A stretch of 64,000 nucleotides of DNA from Polyangiaceae bacterium (GCA_041389685.1 JAWKRJ010000033.1:19169-83168), one strand, 5' to 3'. Positions 41,988 to 51,666 are shown, numbered from the stretch's first letter. A program made the numbers and translations. The notes: a model not told the origin generated them from the letters alone.

Positions 41988-44900
41988 TGAGCGGGGCGTC
42001 CTGGTGCGCCTGCAGGCGGCGAAAGGCCGCGGGATCGGCGTGCAGCGACTCGGCCACGGCGAGCTCGCCGGCGTTGGCCGCGCGCACCAAGGTCGCGAGC
42101 TCGCCCACGAGCCGGCCGAAATAGTCGAGCCTCCCGTCGAGGCTGGTGGCCATGGCGGGCCCGCGATGCACCGCCCCGCAGCGTGTGCCCTCCTCCTCGA
42201 CGGCGAGCCACGCGAAGTCGAGCCCCGCCCCCGGCTCGTCGAAGGCGAAGAGCAGGCCATCGCCCTGTAGCTTCACGAGGCGCCCGCCGAGCGGACCGGC
42301 GAGGGCCTCGAGGCGCTCGCGCAGGCTGATGAGATCGCCGAACACGGCCAGCTCCTTGCGCTCGGGTCGCCAGGGGTTGGCGAGCTCCACCAGCGCGAGC
42401 GTCACCTGCCCCACCCCGATCAGCTGACCGGGGGCCGTGACCTGACGCGGGAACATGTCGCGGAACAAAGGCAAGAAGGCCACCTCGGCCGCGGTCATCG
42501 CCTCGTCGCGCGCCGCGATCTGCTCGACGCGCGCCAAGATCTCCTGCTGCCCGGGGTTGTGAAGCACGAGGCGCTGGAGCCGGTGGCTGAGCACGCGGGG
42601 CCGCGGCGCCTCGTCCGCCACGAGGCTGAGCTCCCAGTTGTCGAGGGGCTCGTCGAGCGCCACCGAGAAACCCCAGGTGGTGGTGACGTGGCGAACTGCG
42701 ATGCGGTAATGGCCGAGCGGAAGCTGCAGCTCGACGGCGAAGCGCTCCCCCGGCGCCAGCCGCACCTGCGCGAAGACATGCGGGGTGTGCCCCGGCCCGC
42801 CGATGCAGAACACGCCGAGCTCGCTCTTCCGGATCGCCGGGTGAGCGCGGAAAATCAGCTCCACCGAGCGGCCGAAGTCGACCTCGAAGTCGAGCGCGCA
42901 GGTGGCGCAGTGTTCGTGGTCGACGATGGCGGCGAGGCTCTCGACGATGTTGGAGGGGATCTGGCAGCGCGGGCAGATGACGTCCCAGAGCATGGTGCAG
43001 AGCCCCGCGGCGGTGGCGTGGAGGCAGGCGCGGAGCATCTCGTCCTCGTCGAGCCCCGCCCCCCGAGCGAGCGCCCGCGGCCGGATGCGTGCCACGTCCT
43101 GCGGCGAGGCGGCGGTGAGGTGATGGAAGAGCCGATCGACCACCTGCTCGTCGAGGTTGGCGTCGAGGAGCCGCTGGCGGCCCTCTTCGAGCCGCACCCG
43201 CGCCGCCCCGCCGACGACGGGCACCTCCTCGAAGGGATCCAGCTCCCCGCTCTGCTGCTGGCAATGGGCGTCGATGCGTTTGTAGACGCGGCCGAGGTTG
43301 CGCTTCGCCTTGTAGCCGACCTCCATCGCGGTCGCGGCGCGGCCGAGCACGCCGCGGGGCATCACGTCGATGAAGTGCTCGAGCAGGGTCCCGGTCCCTC
43401 TCGGCCGGAGCTCCACGTGGCTGCGCATCCAGACGAAGGGCCCCGCGCTGAACTCGCGCAGGATCCCGAGCCGCCGCGGGGCGACCCACTCGTAGGGGTG
43501 CTCCCGCCAGTCGAGGCTGAGGCCGCTGAGCTCGAGGTGAGCGTCGGTGACGACGCGCCCCTCTTCGTTCCGCCGCTCGTAGCTGGGCGCGCCGAGACCG
43601 ATCGCGCGGTTGAGCCGCTCGGTGTTCGAGACATAGGGCCAGAGCGCCTCGGGCGAGGACTCGAGCTCCCAGTGGTAGTCGTATTTGATGACGGTCTCGC
43701 CCTCGCCGGGGAGCGGGTGATCGGAGATGTCGCGCACCGCGCCGCGCTTCAGCGCGTCGAGCTCGGCCACCAGGGCACGGGCGTCGGAGGGTCGCCCTTC
43801 GGGGAGCTTGTCGACCATCCGCTCCACGAGCCGCACCACCGGCGGGTCCACGCCGGGCGCCATCGCGCGCAGATCGGGGGGAGGCTCGGCGAGGTGCTTG
43901 AAGGCGATGGCCCGCGAGTCCGGGCCGTCGAAGGGGAGCTTGCCCGCGAGCATGAGGTAGAGGGTGATGCCCAGCGAGTAGACGTCGGCGGCGGGGCCCA
44001 CGCTCCCGCCCTGGATCTGCTCGGGGGCCATGAAATGCGGCGTGCCGATGGCGAGCCCCTCGCGGGTGAGATCGGGCTCTGCTTCGGCGGCGGCGATGCC
44101 GAAGTCGCAGAGCTTGGCGATGCGCCGCCCACCGCGCTCGAGGAGCAGGATATTGGCCGGCTTCACGTCGCGATGCACCGCGCCGAGGTCGTGCACGTCC
44201 GCGAGCGCGACCGCGATCTCGCGCGTGATGCCGAGGGCCTCGTCCATCTCGAGCGGCCCCCCCGCCTTGGCGAGGTGCTCGCCGAGGTGCGACCCCTCGA
44301 CATATTCCATGGCGAGGAAATGGGCGCCGCCGTCCTGGTTCACCTCCACGAAACGCGCGATGTGCGGGTTGTCGAGCTGCGCGAGGAGGCGAGCCTCGCG
44401 GTAGAACCGGCTGATCACCGTGTCCTGGTTGCAGTGGGGGTGGAGCGTCTTGAGGGCCACCACCTCGCCGCTCACCACGTCGCGGGCCCGGTAGACGACA
44501 CCCATCGCGCCGCGGCCGATCACGCCCTCGATGCGGTAACGCCCGATCTGCTGGGGGAGAGCCTCCGTCTTGGGCGGCGCGCTCGCCCGGTCGCCGCGGA
44601 GGCGCGCCGCCACCTCGCGCATGGTCGGACGAGCCAGGGCGTCGCCGCGCACCATCTCCCCGATCAGGCTCACCACGTCGGCGTCGAGGGCGGGGCGCGC
44701 GGCGCGCAGCGTGTCCTCGTCCAGCGCGGCGAAGGCGGTGCCGGTGCCGAGCCCGAGGGCGAGCACCCCGAGGGCATAGACGTCGGCGCTGGCCTCCACC
44801 GGGCCCTCGATACAGGCGCGGTCGTGGGCGGTGAGGGCGAGGGGCTCGCCGGTGGAGGCACCGCCGAGCTCGAGGCACGGCCCCCCATCGGCTCTCATCC

Positions 44901-45459
44901 GCACCCAGGCCGGGCAGAGGCGACCATGCGCGAGCCCGTAGCGATGCGCCTCGGCGAGGATCTCGGCGAGCTCCGCGAGGAAGGGGCGAACCCCACCCGG
45001 GGGAGGCCCCACCGTGAGGCGCTCGGCGAGGGTCTCCTGGGGCGCGGCGAAGACGACATAGGGATCGGTGCCCTCCTCCAGGAAGCCACGCAGGGGCACG
45101 TGGCCCTCCGCGAAGGCCGAAGCGCCCGCGACCTGATGCGCGAGGCGCAGACGGTAACGCAGCTCGCGCCAGCGCTCGGGGCGCTGGGCGGCGAGGAACA
45201 GGCGCTCGACGATGACGGGCGCGTCGTCCTTGGGATCGACCCCCAGGTATCGGATGCCGTCCGGCCCCGACGACAACATCTGCTGGAGCCGGATGGCCTC
45301 GGTCACGCGGGCAGCATAGATCAGCGCGAAGACATTCTGGGGCGTGGCCTGCAGGGCAGGCCCGCCAGGCTTGTTGCCCGCCGGTGGGTGGCTCTGCGAT
45401 CCTCTGTTTTCCCGGTCGGAGAGGACGGGGGCGAAGATGCGGAAGGGAGTGCGAGTCAT
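41929..45459 (-). CDS. Multidomain Ser/Thr protein kinase (pseudokinase + kinase + SRPBCC-like + Cys-motif domain + degenerate cyclase-homology domain)
   Basis: Canonical kinase core (GRGAMGVVY, VALK, HRDVKPANIL, DFG, APE). The preceding kinase-like domain lacks these (HGRLCPAWV). It continues with VIKYDYHWELESSPEALWPYVSN (START/SRPBCC-like), ICPRCQ...HCATCALDF, and a C-terminal VTLALVELAN...LVKLQGDGLLFAF. GTG 45306 is an alternative start. Confidence 0.85.
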   Translation of the reverse strand: MTRTPFRIFAPVLSDRENRGSQSHPPAGNKPGGPALQATPQNVFALIYAARVTEAIRLQQMLSSGPDGIRYLGVDPKDDAPVIVERLFLAAQRPERWRELRYRLRLAHQVAGASAFAEGHVPLRGFLEEGTDPYVVFAAPQETLAERLTVGPPPGGVRPFLAELAEILAEAHRYGLAHGRLCPAWVRMRADGGPCLELGGASTGEPLALTAHDRACIEGPVEASADVYALGVLALGLGTGTAFAALDEDTLRAARPALDADVVSLIGEMVRGDALARPTMREVAARLRGDRASAPPKTEALPQQIGRYRIEGVIGRGAMGVVYRARDVVSGEVVALKTLHPHCNQDTVISRFYREARLLAQLDNPHIARFVEVNQDGGAHFLAMEYVEGSHLGEHLAKAGGPLEMDEALGITREIAVALADVHDLGAVHRDVKPANILLLERGGRRIAKLCDFGIAAAEAEPDLTREGLAIGTPHFMAPEQIQGGSVGPAADVYSLGITLYLMLAGKLPFDGPDSRAIAFKHLAEPPPDLRAMAPGVDPPVVRLVERMVDKLPEGRPSDARALVAELDALKRGAVRDISDHPLPGEGETVIKYDYHWELESSPEALWPYVSNTERLNRAIGLGAPSYERRNEEGRVVTDAHLELSGLSLDWREHPYEWVAPRRLGILREFSAGPFVWMRSHVELRPRGTGTLLEHFIDVMPRGVLGRAATAMEVGYKAKRNLGRVYKRIDAHCQQQSGELDPFEEVPVVGGAARVRLEEGRQRLLDANLDEQVVDRLFHHLTAASPQDVARIRPRALARGAGLDEDEMLRACLHATAAGLCTMLWDVICPRCQIPSNIVESLAAIVDHEHCATCALDFEVDFGRSVELIFRAHPAIRKSELGVFCIGGPGHTPHVFAQVRLAPGERFAVELQLPLGHYRIAVRHVTTTWGFSVALDEPLDNWELSLVADEAPRPRVLSHRLQRLVLHNPGQQEILARVEQIAARDEAMTAAEVAFLPLFRDMFPRQVTAPGQLIGVGQVTLALVELANPWRPERKELAVFGDLISLRERLEALAGPLGGRLVKLQGDGLLFAFDEPGAGLDFAWLAVEEEGTRCGAVHRGPAMATSLDGRLDYFGRLVGELATLVRAANAGELAVAESLHADPAAFRRLQAHQDAPLINAHGVMALLLRPQAARTP

Positions 45460-46792
45460 CGGGCTGTTGCTCGCCTATTGCGCCGCGGTCTGGTTCTTCC
45501 AGGGGCGCGCATGGGCGCCGCCGACGCTCCTGTCGCCCCGATCGCTGAGCGATCTGCTCGCCCCGCTCCGGCCGCGCCCCGCCCCCGAGGCGGCCCCCGC
45601 CATCCCCGAGGCCCCTCCCCTGCGGCCGGCCCCTCGCCCCGTGGAGGCGACCCCCGACCCCGGGAGCTGGGCGAGCCTGATCGAGCGCTTCCGCGAGCTG
45701 CGGGCGGGAGGCCGCGACAAGATCCGGGTCGTCCACCTCGGCGACTCGGAGATCATCGGCGACGGCACCTCCAACGCCATCCGCCAGCGTCTCACCGAGC
45801 GCTTCGGCTGGGGCGGCCTGGGCTTCGGCGCGCCGATGCGGCCCGTGCCTTACTACCAGCTCAGCCACTGGTCGCATCAAGACGCCGACGGCGTCGAGAT
45901 CGAGGCCTACCCCCTCGGTGAGGTGGGTCGCGGCCGCTACGGCCCCGGCGGCGTCGCCTTCCGCGCCCGGGCGGGCACCGTCGCGAGCGTGACCCTCGAT
46001 CACCCGCGCACCGGCGGCTGCCGCCTGCGTTTCTTCTACGACCCGGTCGCGGACGGTGGACGCATCGACCTGTCGGCGGACGGCGAGCCCCTCGAGAGCC
46101 TCGACGGCGCCCTCGCCCCGGGCGCGACCCCCGCCATCGCGCGTTACGAAGCGACGCGGAGCCCCTGCCCCCGCAAGCTCGGCCTCCGCACCCAGGGTGG
46201 CTACACGCGGCTCTACGGCTGGAGCGTGGAGTACGACTCGCCCGGGGTCGTCTACGCCACCCTCGGCGTGGTGGGCGCGCAGCTCCGCCACCTCCGGCAC
46301 TACCAGCCCGCTCACCTCGTCGAATCCCTGGCCGCGCTCGAGCCCGATCTGGTGGTGCTCGCCTTCGGCCTCAACCTCGCGTCGATGTCGGTGCCACCGC
46401 CCCCCAGCTACGAGGCCGAGATCGGCGAGGTGCTGCGCAACCTCCGCAAGGGCCTGCCCGGAGCCGCCTGTCTCGTGGTGGGGCCCTATCCGGTGGGGCG
46501 GGCCGAGGGGAGCCACCCCGAAGCGCGCAACGCCGCCCGGGTCGCCGAGGCGCAACGACGGGTCGCCGAGGCGGTGGGTTGCATGCACCTCGACCGCTTC
46601 GCCCTCGCGGGCGGTGCCACCACCGCGGCGCGCTGGCGCGCCACCACCCCGCGGATCCTCAGCGGCGACTACCGCCACCTCACGCATCACGGCGCGGAGC
46701 GGATGGGCGACGCGATCGGGGTCACCTTGCTGACCGCCATCGACGGGCGTCCCGCGCCCCGGCGCGCCTTCTTGCTCGAGGAGGGCGGCTGA
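45437..46792 (+). CDS. SGNH/GDSL-family hydrolase-acyltransferase partner protein
   Basis: Signal anchor (VIGLLLAYCAAVWFF), GDS block (VVHLGDSEIIGDG) and a C-terminal DYRHLT (DxxH). The stop shares one nt with the MBOAT start. Start uncertain; the ORF maximum is 45344. Confidence 0.7.
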   Translation: MRKGVRVIGLLLAYCAAVWFFQGRAWAPPTLLSPRSLSDLLAPLRPRPAPEAAPAIPEAPPLRPAPRPVEATPDPGSWASLIERFRELRAGGRDKIRVVHLGDSEIIGDGTSNAIRQRLTERFGWGGLGFGAPMRPVPYYQLSHWSHQDADGVEIEAYPLGEVGRGRYGPGGVAFRARAGTVASVTLDHPRTGGCRLRFFYDPVADGGRIDLSADGEPLESLDGALAPGATPAIARYEATRSPCPRKLGLRTQGGYTRLYGWSVEYDSPGVVYATLGVVGAQLRHLRHYQPAHLVESLAALEPDLVVLAFGLNLASMSVPPPPSYEAEIGEVLRNLRKGLPGAACLVVGPYPVGRAEGSHPEARNAARVAEAQRRVAEAVGCMHLDRFALAGGATTAARWRATTPRILSGDYRHLTHHGAERMGDAIGVTLLTAIDGRPAPRRAFLLEEGG

Positions 46793-48210
46793 TGCTGTTC
46801 AACACGGCGGCCTTCGCGTGGTTCCTGCTCCTGGTGGTGGGCGCGGTGTGGTCGCTGGAAGCGGTGATGCAGGGCCACCGCTGGCGCGGGCCGATCCGCC
46901 GCGCGTTGCTGCTGGTCGCGAGCTACTGGTTCTACGCCTGCTGGGACGCGCGGTTTCTCGCCCTGATCGGCGGCGTGACCTTCGTCGACTGGCTCGCGGC
47001 GCTGCTGGTGGTGCGGCTCGCGGGGCGCGCGCGCCTCTACGTCGTGGCCACCACGGTGGGGCTCAACCTCGGGCTCCTCGGCTACTGGAAGTACACCGAC
47101 TTCTTCCTCCGGAGCCTCGCGCCGCTGATGAGCTGGCTCGGCCAGCCCACACCGCGTCCGCTCGGCGTGCTGCTGCCCGTCGGGATCTCCTTCTTCACCT
47201 TCCAGGGCCTCAGCTACGTCATCGACGTCCACCGCGGCAAGGTCGAGGTGGAGCGCTCCCTCAGCCGCTTTGCGCTCTACATCGCCTTCTTCCCGCAGCT
47301 GGTGGCGGGCCCCATCGTGCGCGCCGGCGATCTGCTGCCCCAGCTCGATCACCCGCAGCCGGTGGATGATGCGCGCTTCGGGCGGGCGCTGTGGTTGATG
47401 GCGGCGGGCCTGTTGAAGAAGGTGGTGATGGCCGACTACCTCGCGGTCAACCTCGTCGACCGCGTCTTCGATCTCCCCGAGCGCTTCGGCTCGCTCGAGG
47501 TGCTGGCCGGCGTCTACGGCTACGCCCTCCAGATCTACGGCGATTTCTCGGGCTACTGCGACATCGCCATCGGGGCCGCGCTGCTCCTCGGGGTGGAGCT
47601 CCCCAAGAACTTCGACGCGCCCTACAAGGCGGCGAGCCTGCAAGAGTTCTGGCGCCGCTGGCACATCACCCTGTCGGAGTGGCTGCGCGACTACCTCTAC
47701 ATCGCCCTGGGCGGCTCGCGCGGGAGCCGCGCCCGCACCGCGCTCAACCTGCTGCTCACCATGCTCCTCGGCGGGCTGTGGCACGGCGCCAATGTCACCT
47801 TCGTGATCTGGGGTGGCCTGCACGGCCTGGGGCTGGGGGCCGAGCGCGCCTTGAAGCGGCTGACCACGGGACGGAAGGCACCGCGGGTGCTCCGGGCGCT
47901 CGTGACCTTCCACGTGGTGGTCGCGCTCTGGGTGTTCTTCCGCGCCGACACGCTGAGCGGGGCGCTCGACGTCTTCGCGCAGATCGGCCGCCTCACCCCG
48001 GGGTGGTCCAACCTCACCGCCCCCATCGCGGCGCTGCTGGTGGCCGGCTTCGTGACCCACCTCGTCCCCGACGACACCGACGAGCGCCTGGCCCGCGCCT
48101 TCATCCGCGCCCCGAGCTTCTTTCAGGCCGCCGTCGCCCTCGGCGTCCTCTATTTGGCCCGTGAGGCATCGGCGAGCGGCGCCGCGCCCTTCATCTACTT
48201 CCAGTTCTGA
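46792..48210 (+). CDS. MBOAT family O-acyltransferase (AlgI/DltB/PatA-like)
   Basis: Polytopic protein with MLFNTAAFAWFLLLV, FWRRWHITLSEWLRDYLYIALGG and LGGLWHGANVTFVIWGGLHG (conserved His) blocks. Confidence 0.92.
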   Translation: MLFNTAAFAWFLLLVVGAVWSLEAVMQGHRWRGPIRRALLLVASYWFYACWDARFLALIGGVTFVDWLAALLVVRLAGRARLYVVATTVGLNLGLLGYWKYTDFFLRSLAPLMSWLGQPTPRPLGVLLPVGISFFTFQGLSYVIDVHRGKVEVERSLSRFALYIAFFPQLVAGPIVRAGDLLPQLDHPQPVDDARFGRALWLMAAGLLKKVVMADYLAVNLVDRVFDLPERFGSLEVLAGVYGYALQIYGDFSGYCDIAIGAALLLGVELPKNFDAPYKAASLQEFWRRWHITLSEWLRDYLYIALGGSRGSRARTALNLLLTMLLGGLWHGANVTFVIWGGLHGLGLGAERALKRLTTGRKAPRVLRALVTFHVVVALWVFFRADTLSGALDVFAQIGRLTPGWSNLTAPIAALLVAGFVTHLVPDDTDERLARAFIRAPSFFQAAVALGVLYLAREASASGAAPFIYFQF

Positions 48211-48282
48211 GGCAGCGCGCGCCGCGAGCGTGAATCGAGAGCAGAGAACCACCAGCCCAAGCAGCTGATATTACGCGGCGTC

Positions 48283-48314
48283 GATGCACATGTTTTGCAC
48301 ATCATATGTGCATC
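48283..48314. promoter_or_regulatory. Operator-like palindrome with three TGCACAT half-sites
   Basis: GATGCACAT gttt TGCACAT cat ATGTGCATC. The outer 9-mers are perfect inverted repeats. It sits in a locally AT-rich stretch about 170 nt upstream of gene 48487. Confidence 0.5.
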
Positions 48315-48486
48315 TCGCGAGCGGCTTCGCAGGAGCACTTGTCGGTCCTGATGGCGTCGGGCGCGCTCGTCCAACGAGCCGCCGAGGCTCGATTTCACGG
48401 CGGGCCGCTGATCATCCGCTCGACGAATCGATCGCGTGAACGGAAGAGGGGGTGAGAGCATCCAAGGACCCGTGCCGCGCTCCTCC

Positions 48487-48936
48487 ATGGCGCTCTTCGC
48501 CGGTGTGCTCGCCGTGATCTTCGGCGCCGCGGGCTGTGCGTCGAACCGCGTGAGCGCGTACCACCAGCGGTGCCTCGAGTGCGCCCTCCGCGCCCACGCC
48601 GATCCGGCCGACGTCCAGCAGGCGGTCGGCTATTTCTCGCGCGGCTGTGAAGAGGGCGACAGCCGGAGCTGCAGCATCCTCGGCGTGATGTACGAGAACG
48701 GCCGCGGCGTCCCACGCGACCGCAGCCAGGCCCTCGCGCTCTACCGCTATGCCTGCATGCACGGCAACGACGAGAGCTGCGTGAACCTCGGCCGCATGGT
48801 GGAGCGAGGGGACGGGGATCTCGCGGGCGCGGTCGTCGCCTACGAGGTCGCTTGCGCGCATCGCCACGCCGCGGGGTGTTTTCACCTCGGCCGCGCGAGA
48901 CGGCAGCTCGCCGAGGACGCGGTCTATCCCGAATAG
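48487..48936 (+). CDS. Sel1-repeat (SLR/TPR-like) lipoprotein
   Basis: MALFAGVLAVIFGAAGC lipobox and Sel1-type repeats (GCEEGDSRSCSILGVMYENGRGVPRDRSQALALYRYACMHGNDESCVNLG). Confidence 0.8.
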   Translation: MALFAGVLAVIFGAAGCASNRVSAYHQRCLECALRAHADPADVQQAVGYFSRGCEEGDSRSCSILGVMYENGRGVPRDRSQALALYRYACMHGNDESCVNLGRMVERGDGDLAGAVVAYEVACAHRHAAGCFHLGRARRQLAEDAVYPE

Positions 48937-48956
48937 CGCTCGGGAGCGGGGGGCGC

Positions 48957-49709
48957 TCAGGGGCCGGGGGGGCGTTGGGGCCAACCGGGGTCGGGGGCCA
49001 CGTGGGCGGGCGCGGCGGGGCGGGAGCCGTGGACATATTCGCCCTGCACGCTGCGGTCGACGATGTGGAGATAGGCCTCGATCTGCTGCTCGAGGTAGAT
49101 GGCCACGAGGGGATCGGCGAGGGAGCGGAGGAAGAGGATGTCGTCCGCGTGGCCGGCCTCGTCGGGGTGGAGCTGGGCGCGCACGTGGTAGTCGAAGGTC
49201 TTCTGCGCGAGCGGTCGGCGGTCGACGTAGAGCTGGGCGATGCGCGCCGAGGGCAGGGTCGTGGACAGCCAGGGGATGGGGGCGTGGCTCACCCGGATCT
49301 CGCCCCGGGCGATGGTGATCACGGTGCTGTTGATCGCCTTCACCCCGAGGAGCACCGCGGCCGCGAAAGCGGCCAACAGGAGCGTCACCCACATGGGGAG
49401 ATCCAGCTGGTGGCTGATGATCGCGGTGCCGCCGATCAGCAAGATCGCGGTGAGCTGCCCGGCCGCGCTCGAGCGCTGATCGCGCCAGGGGACGCGGATT
49501 CGGAGGGCCACGCCGCCGGCGCCGTCCGGGCCCTGCTGCACGTCGACGCGGGAGGGGAGCGCCATGGCGTCCACCATGCTGACGCGGCGGCTTCGTGGGC
49601 CCTTCTCCACCTGGGTGCCGCATTGACGGCAGAGAGGGACGCCGGAGCTGAAGTCGATGTCGCGACCGTTGAGGGTCGCATCGCAGGGATCGCAACGGAT
49701 TTGGGTCAC
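48957..49709 (-). CDS. Zinc-ribbon membrane protein (unknown function)
   Basis: N-terminal CDPC...CRQC ribbon and two TM helices (LTAILLIGGTAIIS, WVTLLLAAFAAAVLLGV). GTG 49709 chosen so it does not overlap divergent gene 49735. The ORF maximum is 49748. Confidence 0.5.
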   Translation of the reverse strand: MTQIRCDPCDATLNGRDIDFSSGVPLCRQCGTQVEKGPRSRRVSMVDAMALPSRVDVQQGPDGAGGVALRIRVPWRDQRSSAAGQLTAILLIGGTAIISHQLDLPMWVTLLLAAFAAAVLLGVKAINSTVITIARGEIRVSHAPIPWLSTTLPSARIAQLYVDRRPLAQKTFDYHVRAQLHPDEAGHADDILFLRSLADPLVAIYLEQQIEAYLHIVDRSVQGEYVHGSRPAAPAHVAPDPGWPQRPPGP

Positions 49710-49734
49710 GGTGGGGGCGCTATGATGCCGCTCG

Positions 49735-51654
49735 ATGGCTTGGAGCACCAGTCGCTATCTCGCCCTCGGGCTCACCACCCTCTCGGCGTGCCCGGCCCCC
49801 ACCCCCGAGTGGCAAGCGGCTCTTCCCATGACGCCAACGCCCGCCCCCGCCCCTCCCCCCGCCTCTGGGCCGCGCCAGCTGGTGGCCGCGACGGGGCGCG
49901 CCTGCCTGGTGGACGCGACGGGCGGCCTCACCTGTTGGGGGCGCGACGCGAGGGGCATCGCCCGGCTCCCCGAGCGCATCGACCTCGGGAGCGGGCCGCT
50001 CGTGCAGGTGGCCCTCGCGCCCGATCAGGGCTGCGGGCTCGACGAGGCGGGGGCGGTGTGGTGTTGGGCGCAGACGGCGCAGCGCGTGCCTTTGCCGAGG
50101 CGGGCGCGCGCCATCGCGGTCGGCGAAGGGCGGGGCTGCGCGCTGCTCGACGACCGGAGCGTCCATTGTTGGGCGACGGGCGAGACGGCGCGACGGCTCG
50201 AGGGGCTCGCGGGTGAGGCGTCGCTCGCGATCGGGGCGCGGTATCTCTGCCTGCTCGACGGGGGCAAACCGAAGTGCCTCCCGCTCGATGGGGGGCCGCT
50301 CGTCGCGCCACGGGGCTCCCCGCCCGCGCGGGCGCTCACCCTCACGGGCCACGATCTCTGCGTGCTGGGGGAAGACGACCAGGTCTATGCCTGGGGTGGC
50401 CTCTGTCGGGCCGGCGCGTCCGGCTTCGGCGACTACCCCTGCGCCCCCGACGAGCTCGCCCAGGCGCGCGACCTCGTCGCCGGCGGCGGCCGCACCTGCG
50501 CGCACCGCGACGGCGGCTGGTGGTGCTGGGGGGACGACGACCTCGGCCTGGTGACGGCAGGCGACGAGCACGCGCCGCGGCTGTGGCGGCCGGTGCCGCT
50601 CGCCCACGACCCCGACTACCAACGGCTCGCCCTCGGTCGCGATCATCTCTGCGGCCTCGACGGCGAGGGTCGGGTGGAGTGCCGCGGCGAAGGCGACGCC
50701 CTGGGGCGTGGCATGCCGACCTGGGCGACGACCCGCCTGCGCTTGCCCCTCCCCGCCTCCGCGGAGCTCGCGCTGAGCGCCGAGCAGCTGTGCTGGCGCG
50801 ATGGGGGTGCCATCGAGTGCCTCTCGGGGCGACAGGATCCCGAGGTGCTGGCCGAGAGCGCGGAGCTCATCGGCTTTCGTGTGGACGGGGCGCGCGTCTG
50901 CGGCTGGCGGCAGGACGGCCACCTGCGCTGCTGGCACGACGACGACCGGCTCGCCCGCGGGATCGGCGGCGCGGTCGATCTGGGGTCGTGGGGCGAGAAC
51001 CTCTGCGTGGTGCAGTCGAGGGGCGCGGTGAGCTGCGTGGAGGGGCCCGACGCGCGTGGGGCGTTCACCGCCGGGCCCACCGCCATCGCGGGGCTCTCGG
51101 CGGTGACGGCGATCGGTGTGGCCCGCGACGGCGCCTGCGCGCTGAGCCCTCCGGGGAGCCTGCGTTGTTGGGGGCTGGGGGTGCCCCTGCTCGAGCTCTC
51201 GTCCACCGCGCGAAAGATGGCGGTGGGCGCCCACGAGGTCTGTGCGCTGGAGGACGCGGCGGTCCGTTGCTGGGCGCTGCCACCCGCGAGCGCGCCGCCG
51301 GCCCTCACGCCCGTCGGCGGCGCGTCCGCCCTCGCCGTCGGGGCGGGCCATCGTTGTGCGGTGCAAGACGACGCGCTCCTCTGCTGGGGGCGCGGCGGCG
51401 AAGGCCAGCTGGGCGCCCGCGATCTCCGGGACGCGCCCACACCGCGGCAGGTGCCCGACCTCGAGGCGGTGGTGGGGGTCGAGGCCTCGGCGGGCGCCAC
51501 CTGCGCGCGCCACCGCGATCACACGACCTGTTGGGGTCGCGACGTCTTCACCTGGCTCGGCCGCCCCCTCGACGACTTCGATCCGCGACCCGCGCCGGTG
51601 GTCGGCTTCGGCGGAGCCGCGCCGGCCGTCACCTTCTCCGAGATCAGACGCTGA
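49735..51654 (+). CDS. RCC1-like repeat (beta-propeller) lipoprotein
   Basis: LALGLTTLSAC lipobox and at least ten repeats of the G-x-C-x-L...G-x-V/L-x-CWG pattern (TCWG, WCWA, HCWA, YAWGG, WCWGD, LRCWG, VRCWA, LLCWGRGGEGQLG). Confidence 0.7.
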   Translation: MAWSTSRYLALGLTTLSACPAPTPEWQAALPMTPTPAPAPPPASGPRQLVAATGRACLVDATGGLTCWGRDARGIARLPERIDLGSGPLVQVALAPDQGCGLDEAGAVWCWAQTAQRVPLPRRARAIAVGEGRGCALLDDRSVHCWATGETARRLEGLAGEASLAIGARYLCLLDGGKPKCLPLDGGPLVAPRGSPPARALTLTGHDLCVLGEDDQVYAWGGLCRAGASGFGDYPCAPDELAQARDLVAGGGRTCAHRDGGWWCWGDDDLGLVTAGDEHAPRLWRPVPLAHDPDYQRLALGRDHLCGLDGEGRVECRGEGDALGRGMPTWATTRLRLPLPASAELALSAEQLCWRDGGAIECLSGRQDPEVLAESAELIGFRVDGARVCGWRQDGHLRCWHDDDRLARGIGGAVDLGSWGENLCVVQSRGAVSCVEGPDARGAFTAGPTAIAGLSAVTAIGVARDGACALSPPGSLRCWGLGVPLLELSSTARKMAVGAHEVCALEDAAVRCWALPPASAPPALTPVGGASALAVGAGHRCAVQDDALLCWGRGGEGQLGARDLRDAPTPRQVPDLEAVVGVEASAGATCARHRDHTTCWGRDVFTWLGRPLDDFDPRPAPVVGFGGAAPAVTFSEIRR

Positions 51655-51666
51655 TGGCGCGGCGGG

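Noticed and set aside
41633-46690. 1685-aa minus-strand ORF, the longest in the window
   Set aside because: Its translation is Arg/Gly/Pro/Ala-dominated with no motifs. It runs out of frame through the real kinase gene (41929..45459) and antisense to the SGNH gene. This is a typical high-GC shadow ORF.
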